Shown: positions 8,944 through 19,295, counted from the stretch's first letter. The stretch is DNA of 32,000 nt from Vibrio vulnificus CMCP6 (GCF_000039765.1 NC_004459.3:2781127-2813126), one strand, 5' to 3'. Program-made: numbers and translations. The notes: a model not told the origin generated them from the letters alone.

Positions 8944-11544
8944 TTACACTCCTTGCTCGGAGAGAAAATCTTGCGCGAATCGCTGCAACACGCCGCCAGC
9001 TTGATAGACATGCACTTCATCTTCGGTGTCAAGACGACACGTCACCGCGACATCAAGTTTTTCCCCATTGGTACGAGTGATGACCAGTGCGAGGTCGGCT
9101 CCGGGTTTGATTTCCCCCATCACGTCATAGAGCTCGGTGCCATCCAGTTGCAGGCTGTTGCGATTCACACCCGCTTTAAATTGCAGCGGCAACACGCCCA
9201 TACCGACGAGATTGGTACGGTGAATGCGCTCAAAGCCTTCCGCAACGATCGCTTCTACCCCAGCAAGTCGAACCCCTTTTGCCGCCCAATCGCGAGAGGA
9301 GCCTTGTCCGTAATCCGCCCCTGCGACAATGATCAATGGCTGCTTGCGCTGCATGTAGGTTTCAATCGCTTCCCACATGCGAGTGACTTTCCCCTCAGGC
9401 TCCACTCGAGCGAGCGATCCTTGCACCACTTGGCCCTTTTCTTTCACCATTTCATTAAACAGTTTCGGGTTAGCGAACGTTGCACGCTGCGCGGTTAAGT
9501 GATCGCCGCGATGGGTGGCGTAGGAGTTAAAGTCCTCCTCTGGCACGCCCATTTTTGCCAAGTATTCGCCCGCCGCAGAGCTGGCCAAAATCGCATTCGA
9601 TGGTGAAAGGTGATCGGTGGTGATGTTGTCCCCCAAAATGGCCAAAGGCCGCATGCCTGAAAGCGTACGCTCACCAGCGAGTGCGCCCTCCCAATAAGGT
9701 GGCCGGCGAATATAAGTGCTCATCGGACGCCAATCGTAAAGCGGCGATTCACTACGTTCACTTTCATCCAGTTTGAACATTTGAATGTAGACTTGGCGGA
9801 ACTGTTCAGGCTTCACTGAGCTGCCCACGACCGCGTCGATCTCTTCATCGCTTGGCCAAATATCGCGCAGATAAATCGCTTTGCCGCTGCTATCCATCCC
9901 CAGCACATCGCGCTCAATATCAAAACGCATCGTGCCAGCAATCGCATACGCCACCACCAAAGGCGGAGAGGCGAGAAACGCTTGTTTGGCATAAGGGTGA
10001 ATACGGCCGTCAAAGTTGCGGTTACCCGACAACACCGCGGTCGCGTAGAGATCGCGCTCGATGATCTCTTGCTGAATCTTAGGGTCGAGTGCGCCACTCA
10101 TGCCATTACAGGTGGTACAAGCATACGCGACGATGCCAAATCCGAGCTTTTCAAGCTCGGGCAATAACCCCGCTTCTTCAAGATAAAGCTTGGCCACTTT
10201 TGAGCCGGGTGCAAAGGAGGATTTCACCCAAGGTTTACGGATGAGACCCAACTGGTTGGCTTTCTTCGCCAACAAACCTGCCGCGACAACATTGCGAGGG
10301 TTACTGGTGTTGGTGCACGAGGTAATGGCGGCGATGATCACTGCGCCATCTGGCAGTTGGCCTTCTTTTTCTTGGTATTGCCCGGCAATGCCACGGCTGG
10401 CCAACTCCGAAGTGGGCAAACGGCGATGAGGGTTAGACGGCCCAGCAAGATTACGCGTGACCTGAGACAAATCAAACTCCAACACACGCTCATAGTCGAC
10501 CTGATGCAAATCGTCGGCCCACAATCCGGTGTGTTTGGCGTAGTTTTCCACCAAAGCCACTTGCTCTGGCTCGCGCCCTGTTAAGCGTAGGTAGTTGATT
10601 GTCTGCTCGTCGATGTAGAACATGCCCGCGGTCGCACCATATTCCGGCGTCATGTTAGAGATGGTCGCGCGATCGCCAATCGTTAGTGCTTTCGCCCCTT
10701 CGCCAAAAAATTCAAGATAAGCGGAAACCACCCGTTGTTGACGCAGAAATTCAGTAATGGCTAACACAATATCGGTGGCGGTAATGCCCGGTTGACGCTG
10801 ACCAACCAGCTTCACACCGACGATATCGGGCAAACGCATCATTGATGGGCGGCCGAGCATCACGGTTTCCGCTTCTAAGCCACCGACGCCAATGGCAATC
10901 ACGCCAAGGGCATCGACATGTGGCGTATGGCTGTCGGTACCAACACAGGTATCAGGAAAGGCGATGCCCTCTTTTACCTGCACCACTGGCGACATTTTTT
11001 CCAAATTGATTTGGTGCATGATGCCGTTACCCGCCGGAATCACACTGACGTTTTCAAACGCGGTTTTACACCACTCGATGAAGTGGAATCGGTCTTCGTT
11101 GCGACGCTCCTCGATGGCGCGATTTTTCTCAAATGCCTCTGGGTCAAAACCGCCATATTCCACCGCCAACGAGTGATCGACAATCAGTTGGGTTTCCACC
11201 ACAGGATTGACGTTCGCTGGATTACCACCTTGCTCGGCGATCGCGTCACGCAGACCGGCGAGGTCGACTAATGCGGTTTGGCCCAAAATATCGTGGCAAA
11301 CCACGCGTGCTGGATACCAAGGAAAATCAAGATCGCGACGTCGTTCAATCAACTGTTTCAGGCTGTCGGTGAGCGTGCTAGGTTCACAGCGGCGCACCAG
11401 TTGTTCTGCCAATACGCGCGAAGTGTATGGCAAACGCGCGTACGCGCCTGGAGATATCGCCTCGACCGCTTCACGCGCATCAAAGTAATCCAGCGAACTG
11501 CCCGGTAGAGGTTTGCGATATAAGGTATTGTTTTTATTGCTCAT
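8944..11544 (-). CDS. acnD: Fe/S-dependent 2-methylisocitrate dehydratase AcnD
   Basis: Aconitase family motifs (VGTDSHTPHVDALGVIAIGVGGLEAE, CTSCTNTSNPRNV, YGQGSSRDWAAKG). The track start is 11559; MSNKNNTLYRKPLPG at 11544 is a likely start. Confidence 0.94.
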   Translation of the reverse strand: MSNKNNTLYRKPLPGSSLDYFDAREAVEAISPGAYARLPYTSRVLAEQLVRRCEPSTLTDSLKQLIERRRDLDFPWYPARVVCHDILGQTALVDLAGLRDAIAEQGGNPANVNPVVETQLIVDHSLAVEYGGFDPEAFEKNRAIEERRNEDRFHFIEWCKTAFENVSVIPAGNGIMHQINLEKMSPVVQVKEGIAFPDTCVGTDSHTPHVDALGVIAIGVGGLEAETVMLGRPSMMRLPDIVGVKLVGQRQPGITATDIVLAITEFLRQQRVVSAYLEFFGEGAKALTIGDRATISNMTPEYGATAGMFYIDEQTINYLRLTGREPEQVALVENYAKHTGLWADDLHQVDYERVLEFDLSQVTRNLAGPSNPHRRLPTSELASRGIAGQYQEKEGQLPDGAVIIAAITSCTNTSNPRNVVAAGLLAKKANQLGLIRKPWVKSSFAPGSKVAKLYLEEAGLLPELEKLGFGIVAYACTTCNGMSGALDPKIQQEIIERDLYATAVLSGNRNFDGRIHPYAKQAFLASPPLVVAYAIAGTMRFDIERDVLGMDSSGKAIYLRDIWPSDEEIDAVVGSSVKPEQFRQVYIQMFKLDESERSESPLYDWRPMSTYIRRPPYWEGALAGERTLSGMRPLAILGDNITTDHLSPSNAILASSAAGEYLAKMGVPEEDFNSYATHRGDHLTAQRATFANPKLFNEMVKEKGQVVQGSLARVEPEGKVTRMWEAIETYMQRKQPLIIVAGADYGQGSSRDWAAKGVRLAGVEAIVAEGFERIHRTNLVGMGVLPLQFKAGVNRNSLQLDGTELYDVMGEIKPGADLALVITRTNGEKLDVAVTCRLDTEDEVHVYQAGGVLQRFAQDFLSEQGV

Positions 11545-11612
11545 GGACTTGCTTCCCATGCAAAAGGGCGGAAAACCTCCCCTCGCGACGAGGAGAGGTC
11601 AATCTCTAGGCG

Positions 11613-12755
11613 CTAGCGCTGTTCAATCGGCACCCAATCTTGGTGATCTGGGCCAATGTAGTCAGCACTTGGACGAATGATTCGGTTATTAGCGCGCTGT
11701 TCAAACACATGCGCCGTCCAGCCTGTTAAGCGACTCATGACGAAAATCGGCGTAAACAGCTTGGTGGGAATGTCCATGAAGTGATAGGCCGAGGCATGGA
11801 AGAAATCGGCGTTACAAAACAGATCTTTCTCGCGTTTCATCACCGCTTCCACACGTTCTGAGACGGCGTAAAGATGGGTATCGCCCACCGCTTCTGACAA
11901 GGCTTTTGACCAACGTTTGATCAGAGCATTACGTGGGTCGCTTTCGCGATAAATCGCATGACCAAAGCCCATGATTTTCTCTTTGTTGGCCAACATGCGC
12001 AGGATGTTGCTTTCCGCCTCTTCTGGTGTTTGCCAGTTTTCGATCATCTCCATCGCGGCCTCATTAGCACCACCATGCAAAGGACCACGCAAAGTGCCAA
12101 TCGCCGCGGTTACACAAGAATGAATATCAGACAGCGTTGAGGCGCACACACGAGCGGCAAAGGTAGAGGCATTAAACTCGTGCTCTGCATACAAAATCAG
12201 CGAACAATGCATCACCTGCTTATGCAGTTCACTGGGCTCTTTGCCCGTGAGCATTTTGAGGAAGTAACCACCGATGCAATCTTGCGATTGGTCTTGCGTA
12301 TCGATGCGCACGCCATCGTGGCTAAAGCGATACCAGTAACAAATGATCGCAGGGAACAGCGCCAACATGCGCTCTGTCGCGTCAAGCTGCTGCGAAAAAT
12401 CGGTTTCTTGTTCTAAGTTCCCCAGCACAGAGCAGCCTGTGCGCATCACATCCATCGGATGCGCAGACGCCGGGATCAGCTCCAGCGCTTGCTTCAACTC
12501 CACCGGTAAGCCACGCAGGCCAATCAGGCGAGTTTTGTAAGCATCCAACTCTTGCTGCGTTGGTAAGTGACCGCGTAACAGTAAGTACGCCACTTCTTCA
12601 AATTGCGCATGGTTGGCCAAGTCAGTGATGTCATAACCACGATAGGTTAACCCTGTCCCCGTTTTACCGACAGTACATAAAGCGGTGCTTCCAGCGCTTT
12701 GACCACGCAGGCCTGCGCCACCTAACTCACCTTTCTTCGTTAAAGAACTAGGCAT
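11613..12755 (-). CDS. prpC: 2-methylcitrate synthase
   Basis: Citrate synthase family (GPLHGGANEAAMEMIE, MGFGHAIYR) in the prp operon. The internal ATG at 12755 has an AAAAGGAG ribosome-binding site; the track start is 12818. Confidence 0.94.
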   Translation of the reverse strand: MPSSLTKKGELGGAGLRGQSAGSTALCTVGKTGTGLTYRGYDITDLANHAQFEEVAYLLLRGHLPTQQELDAYKTRLIGLRGLPVELKQALELIPASAHPMDVMRTGCSVLGNLEQETDFSQQLDATERMLALFPAIICYWYRFSHDGVRIDTQDQSQDCIGGYFLKMLTGKEPSELHKQVMHCSLILYAEHEFNASTFAARVCASTLSDIHSCVTAAIGTLRGPLHGGANEAAMEMIENWQTPEEAESNILRMLANKEKIMGFGHAIYRESDPRNALIKRWSKALSEAVGDTHLYAVSERVEAVMKREKDLFCNADFFHASAYHFMDIPTKLFTPIFVMSRLTGWTAHVFEQRANNRIIRPSADYIGPDHQDWVPIEQR

Positions 12756-12925
12756 TTTGAACTCCTTTTCTGTCTGACGTTGCTCTCTAGTGGAGCGTTT
12801 ATCATCAGACGGTTTCACGTTATTGGATTAAGTTAATTCCGACGGTATTCTTCTTGAACTTCCGTTTTTTGTTTTTCTTATCTTGGGCTTCCCCACTTTG
12901 CTCTCATCTAAAAAGCGCGTTGGGA

Positions 12926-13822
12926 TTATTTTCCTTCTGAAAACAGCTGATCGAGCTTGTCTTCGTACGCGTGATAGTTGAGATAGTCATAGAGCTCTTT
13001 ACGCGTCTGCATGGAGTCGATTAACGCCTCTTGATTGCCCACTTCCAACAAGTGGCGATAGACCATTTCCGCCGCTTTGTTCATCGCGCGGAAGGCACTC
13101 AACGGATACAGCACCATATCCACGTTGGATTTGGCCAATTCTTCACAACCATACAAGGGGGTTTGGCCAAATTCGGTAATGTTGGCCAATATCGGCACGT
13201 GCTTGCCCGTGGCTTGCGCCAAAGCAGCAGAAAATTGCTGATACTGCTCAAGTTTGTTCATTGCTTCGGGGAAAATCATGTCCGCGCCCGCTTCTACACA
13301 GGCAATCGCACGCTCAATTGCACTATCAATCCCTTCCACCGCCAGCGCATCGGTACGCGCCATAATCACAAAGTTGTCATCGACTCGTGCATCCACCGCC
13401 GCTTTAACGCGATCGACCATTTCTTGCTGAGAAACAATCGCTTTGTTTGGGCGGTGGCCACAACGTTTTTGCGCCACTTGATCTTCCATGTGAACCGCGG
13501 CTGCGCCAGCTTTTTCCATCGCTTTGATGGTGCGCGCGATGTTGAATGCGCCGCCAAAACCAGTGTCAATGTCCACCAGCAGAGGCAAATCACAGGCGTT
13601 GGTGATGCGCTCTACGTCCACCAGCACGTCGTTAAGTGTGGTGATGCCTAAGTCCGGCAAGCCGTAAGACGCATTAGCGATACCGCCGCCAGAAAGGTAA
13701 ATGGCTTGATGGCCGAGGCGTTTGGCCATCATGGCGCAATAAGGGTTGATGGTGCCGACGATTTGCAGCGGATCGTTTTGTTGTACGGCGAGTCTGAACT
13801 TCGCCCCCGGAGTTAAGCTCAT
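12926..13822 (-). CDS. prpB: 2-methylisocitrate lyase
   Basis: 298 aa with [42 protein letters not shown], typical of PrpB. Confidence 0.95.
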   Translation of the reverse strand: MSLTPGAKFRLAVQQNDPLQIVGTINPYCAMMAKRLGHQAIYLSGGGIANASYGLPDLGITTLNDVLVDVERITNACDLPLLVDIDTGFGGAFNIARTIKAMEKAGAAAVHMEDQVAQKRCGHRPNKAIVSQQEMVDRVKAAVDARVDDNFVIMARTDALAVEGIDSAIERAIACVEAGADMIFPEAMNKLEQYQQFSAALAQATGKHVPILANITEFGQTPLYGCEELAKSNVDMVLYPLSAFRAMNKAAEMVYRHLLEVGNQEALIDSMQTRKELYDYLNYHAYEDKLDQLFSEGK

Positions 13823-13834
13823 AACACGTTTCCT

Positions 13835-14530
13835 CTAATCCTTTAGGATCTGTTGTTCGATTAATTTTCGGCTGCCGGAGATGTGTCTTCTCATCAACAT
13901 TTCCGACAACTCTTCATCTCGATTGCGAATCGCTTGCAGAATGAATTTGTGCTCTTCCAACGCTTCTTTGGGTCGTGATTGGGCACGCGGTGATTGATAG
14001 CGATACATGCGCAGTAAGTGGTACAGCTCGTCACACAGCAGCGCGATCAATTCGCGGTTGCGACTGGCTTTGATGATGCGGTAGTGAAAGTCGAAATCAC
14101 CGTGTTGATGGAAGTAAGAGGAACCTTCTACTTCATCAATGTGTTTCGAATGTGTCGACAATAGCAGTTCAAGGCTCAACAGCTCTTCTTGGCTGATGTA
14201 GCGAGCGGCAAGCCTCGCGGCCATGCCTTCTAGTGCTTCACGCACCGCATACAGCTCCACCAATTTTTCAGGTGAAAGAGTTATCACACGCGCCCCAACA
14301 TGAGGAACACGTTCGATCAAGCCAAGCCCTTCTAGTCGCATCATCGCCTCACGCAGTGGGCCTCGGCTCACGTGATAATGCTTGGCTAACTCGGGTTCCG
14401 AGATTTTGCTTCCCGGTGCGATTTGTCCATTCACAATCGCTTCAACCAAGGATTCGGTCAGCGATTCGGATTTGGTGTTTTCCTTGTCGCTGCCCGCAAG
14501 TTTGCCAATGGCTTTGGTGTCTACATTCAT
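13835..14530 (-). CDS. GntR/FCD family transcriptional regulator, probable prp operon regulator
   Basis: N-terminal winged HTH (GSKISEPELAKHYHVSRGPLREAMMRLEGLGLIERVPHVGARV) plus an FCD-like helical domain; lies 12 bp upstream of prpB on the same strand. The track start is 14566; MNVDTKAIGKLAG at 14530 is likely. Confidence 0.85.
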   Translation of the reverse strand: MNVDTKAIGKLAGSDKENTKSESLTESLVEAIVNGQIAPGSKISEPELAKHYHVSRGPLREAMMRLEGLGLIERVPHVGARVITLSPEKLVELYAVREALEGMAARLAARYISQEELLSLELLLSTHSKHIDEVEGSSYFHQHGDFDFHYRIIKASRNRELIALLCDELYHLLRMYRYQSPRAQSRPKEALEEHKFILQAIRNRDEELSEMLMRRHISGSRKLIEQQILKD

Positions 14531-14598
14531 ATTCAAATACGTTTCCTGACTGCAATCTGTCAACAATGTCTGTCTCTGAATATAAAATAGTCGATCAA

Positions 14599-14629
14599 AT
14601 TGTCGACAATCAAGTAAATTGTCGACAAT
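14599..14629. promoter_or_regulatory. Pair of identical palindromic operators ATTGTCGACAAT
   Basis: Perfect 12-bp palindromes at 14599-14610 and 14618-14629, 19 bp centre to centre, about 70-100 bp upstream of the GntR start. The proximal copy overlaps a possible -35 (TTGTCG-17-TTTATA). Confidence 0.75.
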
Positions 14630-14672
14630 TTAGACTAAGGTATAAGCGCTCACCATCTCTTCTAATTAGCCA

Positions 14673-17600
14673 TTACGCCGCCAGAGTGGCATTAATGTAT
14701 TTATTGATATCAACGCTATCTATCTGTTTCTCAGGCAAAAACATCTGTGCGTATTCAAGGTAAGTTCCGCTTTTCAAGAACAGTAAGAACAAATCCATGT
14801 CCAAATGCTCATCAAGGGCCATTTTGTACATAATGTCGACAGCTACACTGAGTGGTTTGGCTTTCTTATAAGGGCGATCAGCCGCCGTCAGCGCCTCAAA
14901 AATATCGGCAATCACAAGGATACGCTCCGGAATGGAGAGCTGATCGGCACTCAGTTTGCGCGGATACCCCGTGCCTTTGAGCGTTTCATGGTGAGTCGAG
15001 GCGTAGCGTGGCACTCGCGCAAGTTCCTCGGGGAATGGCAAAGATTCCAACATCTTAATGCCACTGATCATGTGCTCATTGATTTTGAAGCGATCTTCAC
15101 GTGTTAATGTCCCTGCGCGAATCGAGAGGTTGTAAATCTCCCCTAAATTGTAGAGGTGCTCTGGCACGTCGATGTTGATGCCATATTTGGCATCAAACTG
15201 CATCGGTCTGTCGCGCTCAATGATGTGATCAACCCTATCCACCAATAGTGGCTCAATGGCTGGTAGTGGCGCAGACGGTGTGGTGAGTCGGGATTCTTCC
15301 AACGGAGACAAACCTAAGCGATCGTCAAAATGGCGCAACCAAGTTTGCGCTGCGATTTGCTCAATTCGCTCAATCGCCTCTTGTTGCATGAATTCACCAC
15401 CGACATTACAACGGGCAATAAAGGCAAACTCTTCTTGTAACTTTTCTCTGCGTTGTACGAGTTGCGCTTCGGCCTGCTCTTTTGGAGCGCTTCCCGCAAT
15501 CAGGCGATTGAGATATTCAATCTCTGCATCACGCCACAACACTTCAAAGCGAGTGCGAATTTCATGAATACGGTTGTAGTTGGCTTCGAGCTTAGAACCT
15601 TTGTCGACAACATGCTCTGGGGTCGTTATTTTGCCGCAATCGTGCAACCAAGCCGCAATTCTAAACTCTCTACGCTCGGCATTGTTTTTGAATTTAAATG
15701 CTTTGAACTTACCTTCTTGACACTCTTCCGCCACTTTCGCCAACATCAGCCCCAACTCGGGAACACGGTTACAGTGACCTGCGGTATAGGGTGACTTATC
15801 ATCGATGGCTCCAGCGATGAGTTGGATAAAAGCTTCAACAAATTCTTCCTGCGCTTTTTGATGCTTTTTGATTTCCGCCACCATGTCCATCATCGCTTGA
15901 GATAACTGCGAGACCTCTTTAATGCGCGTTTCAACTGGCACTACCTCATCAAAACGTCGTTGTTTGATCTTGCGTGTTTGCGCAATCAAAGCAGAAATCG
16001 GGCGAACAATTGGCGAGCCAAAAATCCACGATGTTGGCAATAGAATCACCATCGCAGCGATCGTGATCGCCAGTGAGCGCCATAACTGCTGCATCACTTG
16101 GCCCATCACCACATCCTCTGGGACCACAACAGCAAGAAATTCTTGGTTGCTGTTGACGGGCACCAAATAGACATAGCGTGCCGTACCGCCAATTTCGACA
16201 ACGTTCATCTCGCCGTGTAAATCTGGCTGAGCCGCCAGTTCAAGTAGCTCACTGTAAGGGACAAAGCTGTTGTCGCGATAATGGTTGAGCCATTTCTGCG
16301 CGAGCCACGCTTTTTGCGCCTCACTGAGCTCGTTTAATGCCTTATTAATCACCTCTAGCAGCGCAGGTTGCGTCTGGTTGAGATAAAGAAACACCGGGAC
16401 TTTCTCTGCCATCGGCATTTTTTCTAACTGGATGGTTCGACCTAAGCTACTTTCTTTACGCTGTTTCAAAGAGTGATAGCTGTGCACCACACTCCCCACC
16501 TCGCCTTGCAGCAACCCGTTTAACGCCAAGGTCAAATCGGCATAGGTACGAATCTCTGTTGACGACTTTTGCAGCGCAAAGTTCTGCCCTTGTACCATGC
16601 CGACGCGCGCCTTGGCATCCGAGATTAAATGTCCGCTTTGATTGGTTTCACGATTGAGCGTCGCCACCGCTGGCTCAAAGTAAAACAACGGTTGGCTGGC
16701 TAAGCCATTTAACGATTCGGACGCAAACACCGCGTTTAAAATGTCCACCTCACCATCGTGATAACGCTGCTTAAGCTCTGCCGAACTGAAACCGTTAGTG
16801 AACTCAAATTGCAACCCCGTCATCGTGGCAATCATTTTCAAAAGATCGACCGCGTAACCTCTTGGCTCACCCGATTGGCTAAAATCAAACGGCATCCAGT
16901 TGAGTTGGTTCGAGACTTTAAGCACCCCAGCCGCGACAATGGCCTCTTTTTGCTCGGCGGTCAGTGCAATCGGCGATATGGCTGGCATTCGTTGTTCATC
17001 ACGTTGCTCTTGACGGCTTTCTGCAATGATTTCGCCTTTGCGATTGAATAAAAACGCCGAAATACCTTGCCCTTCGCTAAGCCCCATCGCTTCTGGCGTC
17101 ATGTGAGAAGCAACAGCGGAAAGCACGATATCAATACCAATCACCGAATGGCTACTGCGGATGGAATAGGTCTGCCCTGTGATCTTCAAATGCTGGAACA
17201 GATAAGGTTCTGTCTTGGTAATGCGATCCGCCTGCGCCGCATCATACCAAGGGCGCTCCGTTGGCAAGTATCGGCTCGGCTCACGAATGGTGCGAGTCAC
17301 GGCACGATTCACGTCATAGTATCGGGTGACACGCGTGCGCTTAATGCCCTCGCCTCGGATATCCATCACCACCCAACGTTCATTCTCCGTTGCCGACATT
17401 TTTTCTCGCACAATGGGGGACGAATTCAGATTGATGATTTGATAGAAATCCTCGTTTTCTTTGCCATAGTAGATGCTGTAGAACATCGGATTGTCCTCGA
17501 GCACCTCGGTGATCAAAGTTTGGATTTCTTGCTGAGTGAATTTGTTTTCCGTGGCCATCGCAACGCTTTTTAAGATCCGCGCGCTATTACTGGCACTCAG

Positions 17601-17801
17601 TTCAATTTCTTTGACATAGTCACTGACATCAGCAGAAGCCAGCGTCAATTTCGACATCACTTGCTCTTGGGACATGGCTTTACCGAAGTGGTACTGCAAA
17701 GAAATGGCGACAAGTGCCGTCATCATGGTCGCAATCAAAAACATGCTACCAACGGTAAAACGTATGGAAAACTTTCTAGCCTGACGCAATGAACTCTTCA
17801 T
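14673..17801 (-). CDS. Membrane HD-GYP phosphodiesterase-like protein with periplasmic Cache-like and SBP_bac_3-like regions and HAMP
   Basis: N-terminal TM, long periplasmic region with a solute-binding-like segment (GYAVDLLKMIATMTGLQFEF...), second TM, HAMP-like segment, then AGHCNRV, HDCGK and HHETLKGTGYP. Confidence 0.88.
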   Translation of the reverse strand: MKSSLRQARKFSIRFTVGSMFLIATMMTALVAISLQYHFGKAMSQEQVMSKLTLASADVSDYVKEIELSASNSARILKSVAMATENKFTQQEIQTLITEVLEDNPMFYSIYYGKENEDFYQIINLNSSPIVREKMSATENERWVVMDIRGEGIKRTRVTRYYDVNRAVTRTIREPSRYLPTERPWYDAAQADRITKTEPYLFQHLKITGQTYSIRSSHSVIGIDIVLSAVASHMTPEAMGLSEGQGISAFLFNRKGEIIAESRQEQRDEQRMPAISPIALTAEQKEAIVAAGVLKVSNQLNWMPFDFSQSGEPRGYAVDLLKMIATMTGLQFEFTNGFSSAELKQRYHDGEVDILNAVFASESLNGLASQPLFYFEPAVATLNRETNQSGHLISDAKARVGMVQGQNFALQKSSTEIRTYADLTLALNGLLQGEVGSVVHSYHSLKQRKESSLGRTIQLEKMPMAEKVPVFLYLNQTQPALLEVINKALNELSEAQKAWLAQKWLNHYRDNSFVPYSELLELAAQPDLHGEMNVVEIGGTARYVYLVPVNSNQEFLAVVVPEDVVMGQVMQQLWRSLAITIAAMVILLPTSWIFGSPIVRPISALIAQTRKIKQRRFDEVVPVETRIKEVSQLSQAMMDMVAEIKKHQKAQEEFVEAFIQLIAGAIDDKSPYTAGHCNRVPELGLMLAKVAEECQEGKFKAFKFKNNAERREFRIAAWLHDCGKITTPEHVVDKGSKLEANYNRIHEIRTRFEVLWRDAEIEYLNRLIAGSAPKEQAEAQLVQRREKLQEEFAFIARCNVGGEFMQQEAIERIEQIAAQTWLRHFDDRLGLSPLEESRLTTPSAPLPAIEPLLVDRVDHIIERDRPMQFDAKYGINIDVPEHLYNLGEIYNLSIRAGTLTREDRFKINEHMISGIKMLESLPFPEELARVPRYASTHHETLKGTGYPRKLSADQLSIPERILVIADIFEALTAADRPYKKAKPLSVAVDIMYKMALDEHLDMDLFLLFLKSGTYLEYAQMFLPEKQIDSVDINKYINATLAA

Positions 17802-18118
17802 AATTGCTGCCCTCCATTGGCAAATATGCGAGTTTTAAGCCTATTTATCGTTACTCAACCTTATGCATTAGGTTGCATTTTAGTATTTACTCCACCTCAT
17901 ATAACCACAAGTGCATATTGGTTTTTTGCCAAAGTTTCCGTGAACTTTATGAACAAAATCGACTTTATGACCGTTATTTTTTTTAACTGCCTATTAGAGA
18001 CAATTCGTTAACACCTTTTTAACCTTTCATCATTCCTAACCCGCCACAGCGAGTGAGGAACCACTGATAACAATAAGTTCGCTTCATCACCGAAGCGCCG
18101 ACATAAGGAACGTGAAAC

Positions 18119-19090
18119 ATGTTTAAGGCACTCAAACCTACACTGGCCGCATCGATCATCGCCGCCTCTTTTTCTTTTAACGCTTTCGCGGCAGAGATCG
18201 AAAAAATCCACTTTCTCATCCCCGGGGGTGCCGGTGGTGGCTGGGACATGACCGCTCGTGGTACGGGTGATGTTCTACAAAAAACCAACTTGGTGGAGAA
18301 TGTCTCTTACCAAAACCTATCTGGTGGTGGCGGTGGTAAAGCCATTGCACACCTGATCGAGACGGCAAAACGTCAAGAAGACACGCTGATGATCAACTCA
18401 ACGCCGATCGTTGTGCGTTCACTGAGCGGTGTTTTCCCACAATCCTTCCGCGATTTAACACCAGTCGCAGCTACCGTGGCTGATTACGGTGCCATCGTGG
18501 TCGCGGCGGATTCCAAATACAATAGCTGGGAAGAAGTGGTCAAAGATTTCGAAGCAAACCCACTGCAAGTGAAAATCGCTGGCGGCTCGGCGCGCGGTTC
18601 TATGGATCACCTCGTTGCTGCGGCCGCATTTAAAGGCCAAGGTTTTGATGCGAAAAAGGTACGTTACATCGCCTATGACGCAGGTGGTAAAGCGATGGCC
18701 GCGCTGCTTTCTGGCGAGACACAACTGCTTTCGACGGGTTTAGGCGAAGTGCTTGAAATGTCGAAATCAGGACAAGTAAAAGTGCTGGCGATCACCGCAC
18801 CAAAACGCATCGAAGCGGCGCCAAACATTCCTACTCTAACTGAATACGGCAACCCAACCGTCTTTGCTAACTGGCGTGGTTTCTTCGCCGCACCGGGGGC
18901 GAGCCAAGAGAAGATCAACGAATGGAACGCGGCTCTGACCAAGATGTACAACACCGATGAGTGGAAAGTGGTTCGTGACCGTAATGGTTGGATCGACAAC
19001 TACAAAGCGGACAAAGAGTTCTACGCCTTCCTAGAAGAGCAAGAGAAGCAGATGGGTGACCTGATGCGTGAGCTCGGCTTCCTCAAGTAA
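18119..19090 (+). CDS. tctC: Tripartite tricarboxylate transporter substrate-binding protein
   Basis: 323 aa; signal peptide then IHFLIPGGAGGGWDMTARGTGDVLQ, typical of TctC; followed by tctB- and tctA-like genes. Confidence 0.9.
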   Translation: MFKALKPTLAASIIAASFSFNAFAAEIEKIHFLIPGGAGGGWDMTARGTGDVLQKTNLVENVSYQNLSGGGGGKAIAHLIETAKRQEDTLMINSTPIVVRSLSGVFPQSFRDLTPVAATVADYGAIVVAADSKYNSWEEVVKDFEANPLQVKIAGGSARGSMDHLVAAAAFKGQGFDAKKVRYIAYDAGGKAMAALLSGETQLLSTGLGEVLEMSKSGQVKVLAITAPKRIEAAPNIPTLTEYGNPTVFANWRGFFAAPGASQEKINEWNAALTKMYNTDEWKVVRDRNGWIDNYKADKEFYAFLEEQEKQMGDLMRELGFLK

Positions 19091-19106
19091 GCTCGCAACA
19101 CCTCAT

Positions 19107-19295
19107 ATGGGGTTAGACAGGCTCATTCCATGTACTAACCCCATCCAGTTTCGCCGTTATTGAGGAGCTGCCACGAGCAGTAGAACTACTCCTTTGTTTA
19201 TTGAAAGTCCTGCTTGCTACTGTGTCCCTGTTATCACGAGTAGCACGCCTTGTTGATGACCCTCTTTTTCATTGACGCTTCAATAACGGCTTTTT
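19107..19295 (+). other. Structured tctC-tctB intergenic segment (candidate cis-acting RNA)
   Basis: 10-bp inverted repeat at 19107-19144, 11-bp inverted repeat at 19153-19163/19280-19290 ending in TTTTT, and two mutually exclusive internal helices. Confidence 0.45.

Noticed and set aside
10918-11271. Plus-strand ORFs opposite acnD (also 10892-11176)
   Set aside because: Antisense shadow ORFs of a strongly conserved aconitase-family gene.
13031-13651. Plus-strand 206-aa ORF opposite prpB
   Set aside because: Antisense shadow ORF; prpB is unambiguous on the other strand.
14233-14763. Plus-strand 176-aa ORF spanning the GntR start and the palindromic operators
   Set aside because: Mostly antisense to the GntR gene; no family resemblance. 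The palindromes are better explained as operators.
17067-17573. Plus-strand 168-aa ORF opposite the HD-GYP gene
   Set aside because: Shadow ORF rich in His/Arg, typical of the complementary strand of coding DNA.
18080-18097. Small hairpin CGCTTC-atcacc-GAAGCG in the tctC leader
   Set aside because: 6-bp stem is too short to argue for a regulatory element on its own.
18008-18288. Short ORFs (67 aa minus, 89 aa plus) around the tctC start
   Set aside because: Overlap the tctC signal peptide region in other frames; no support as leader peptides.
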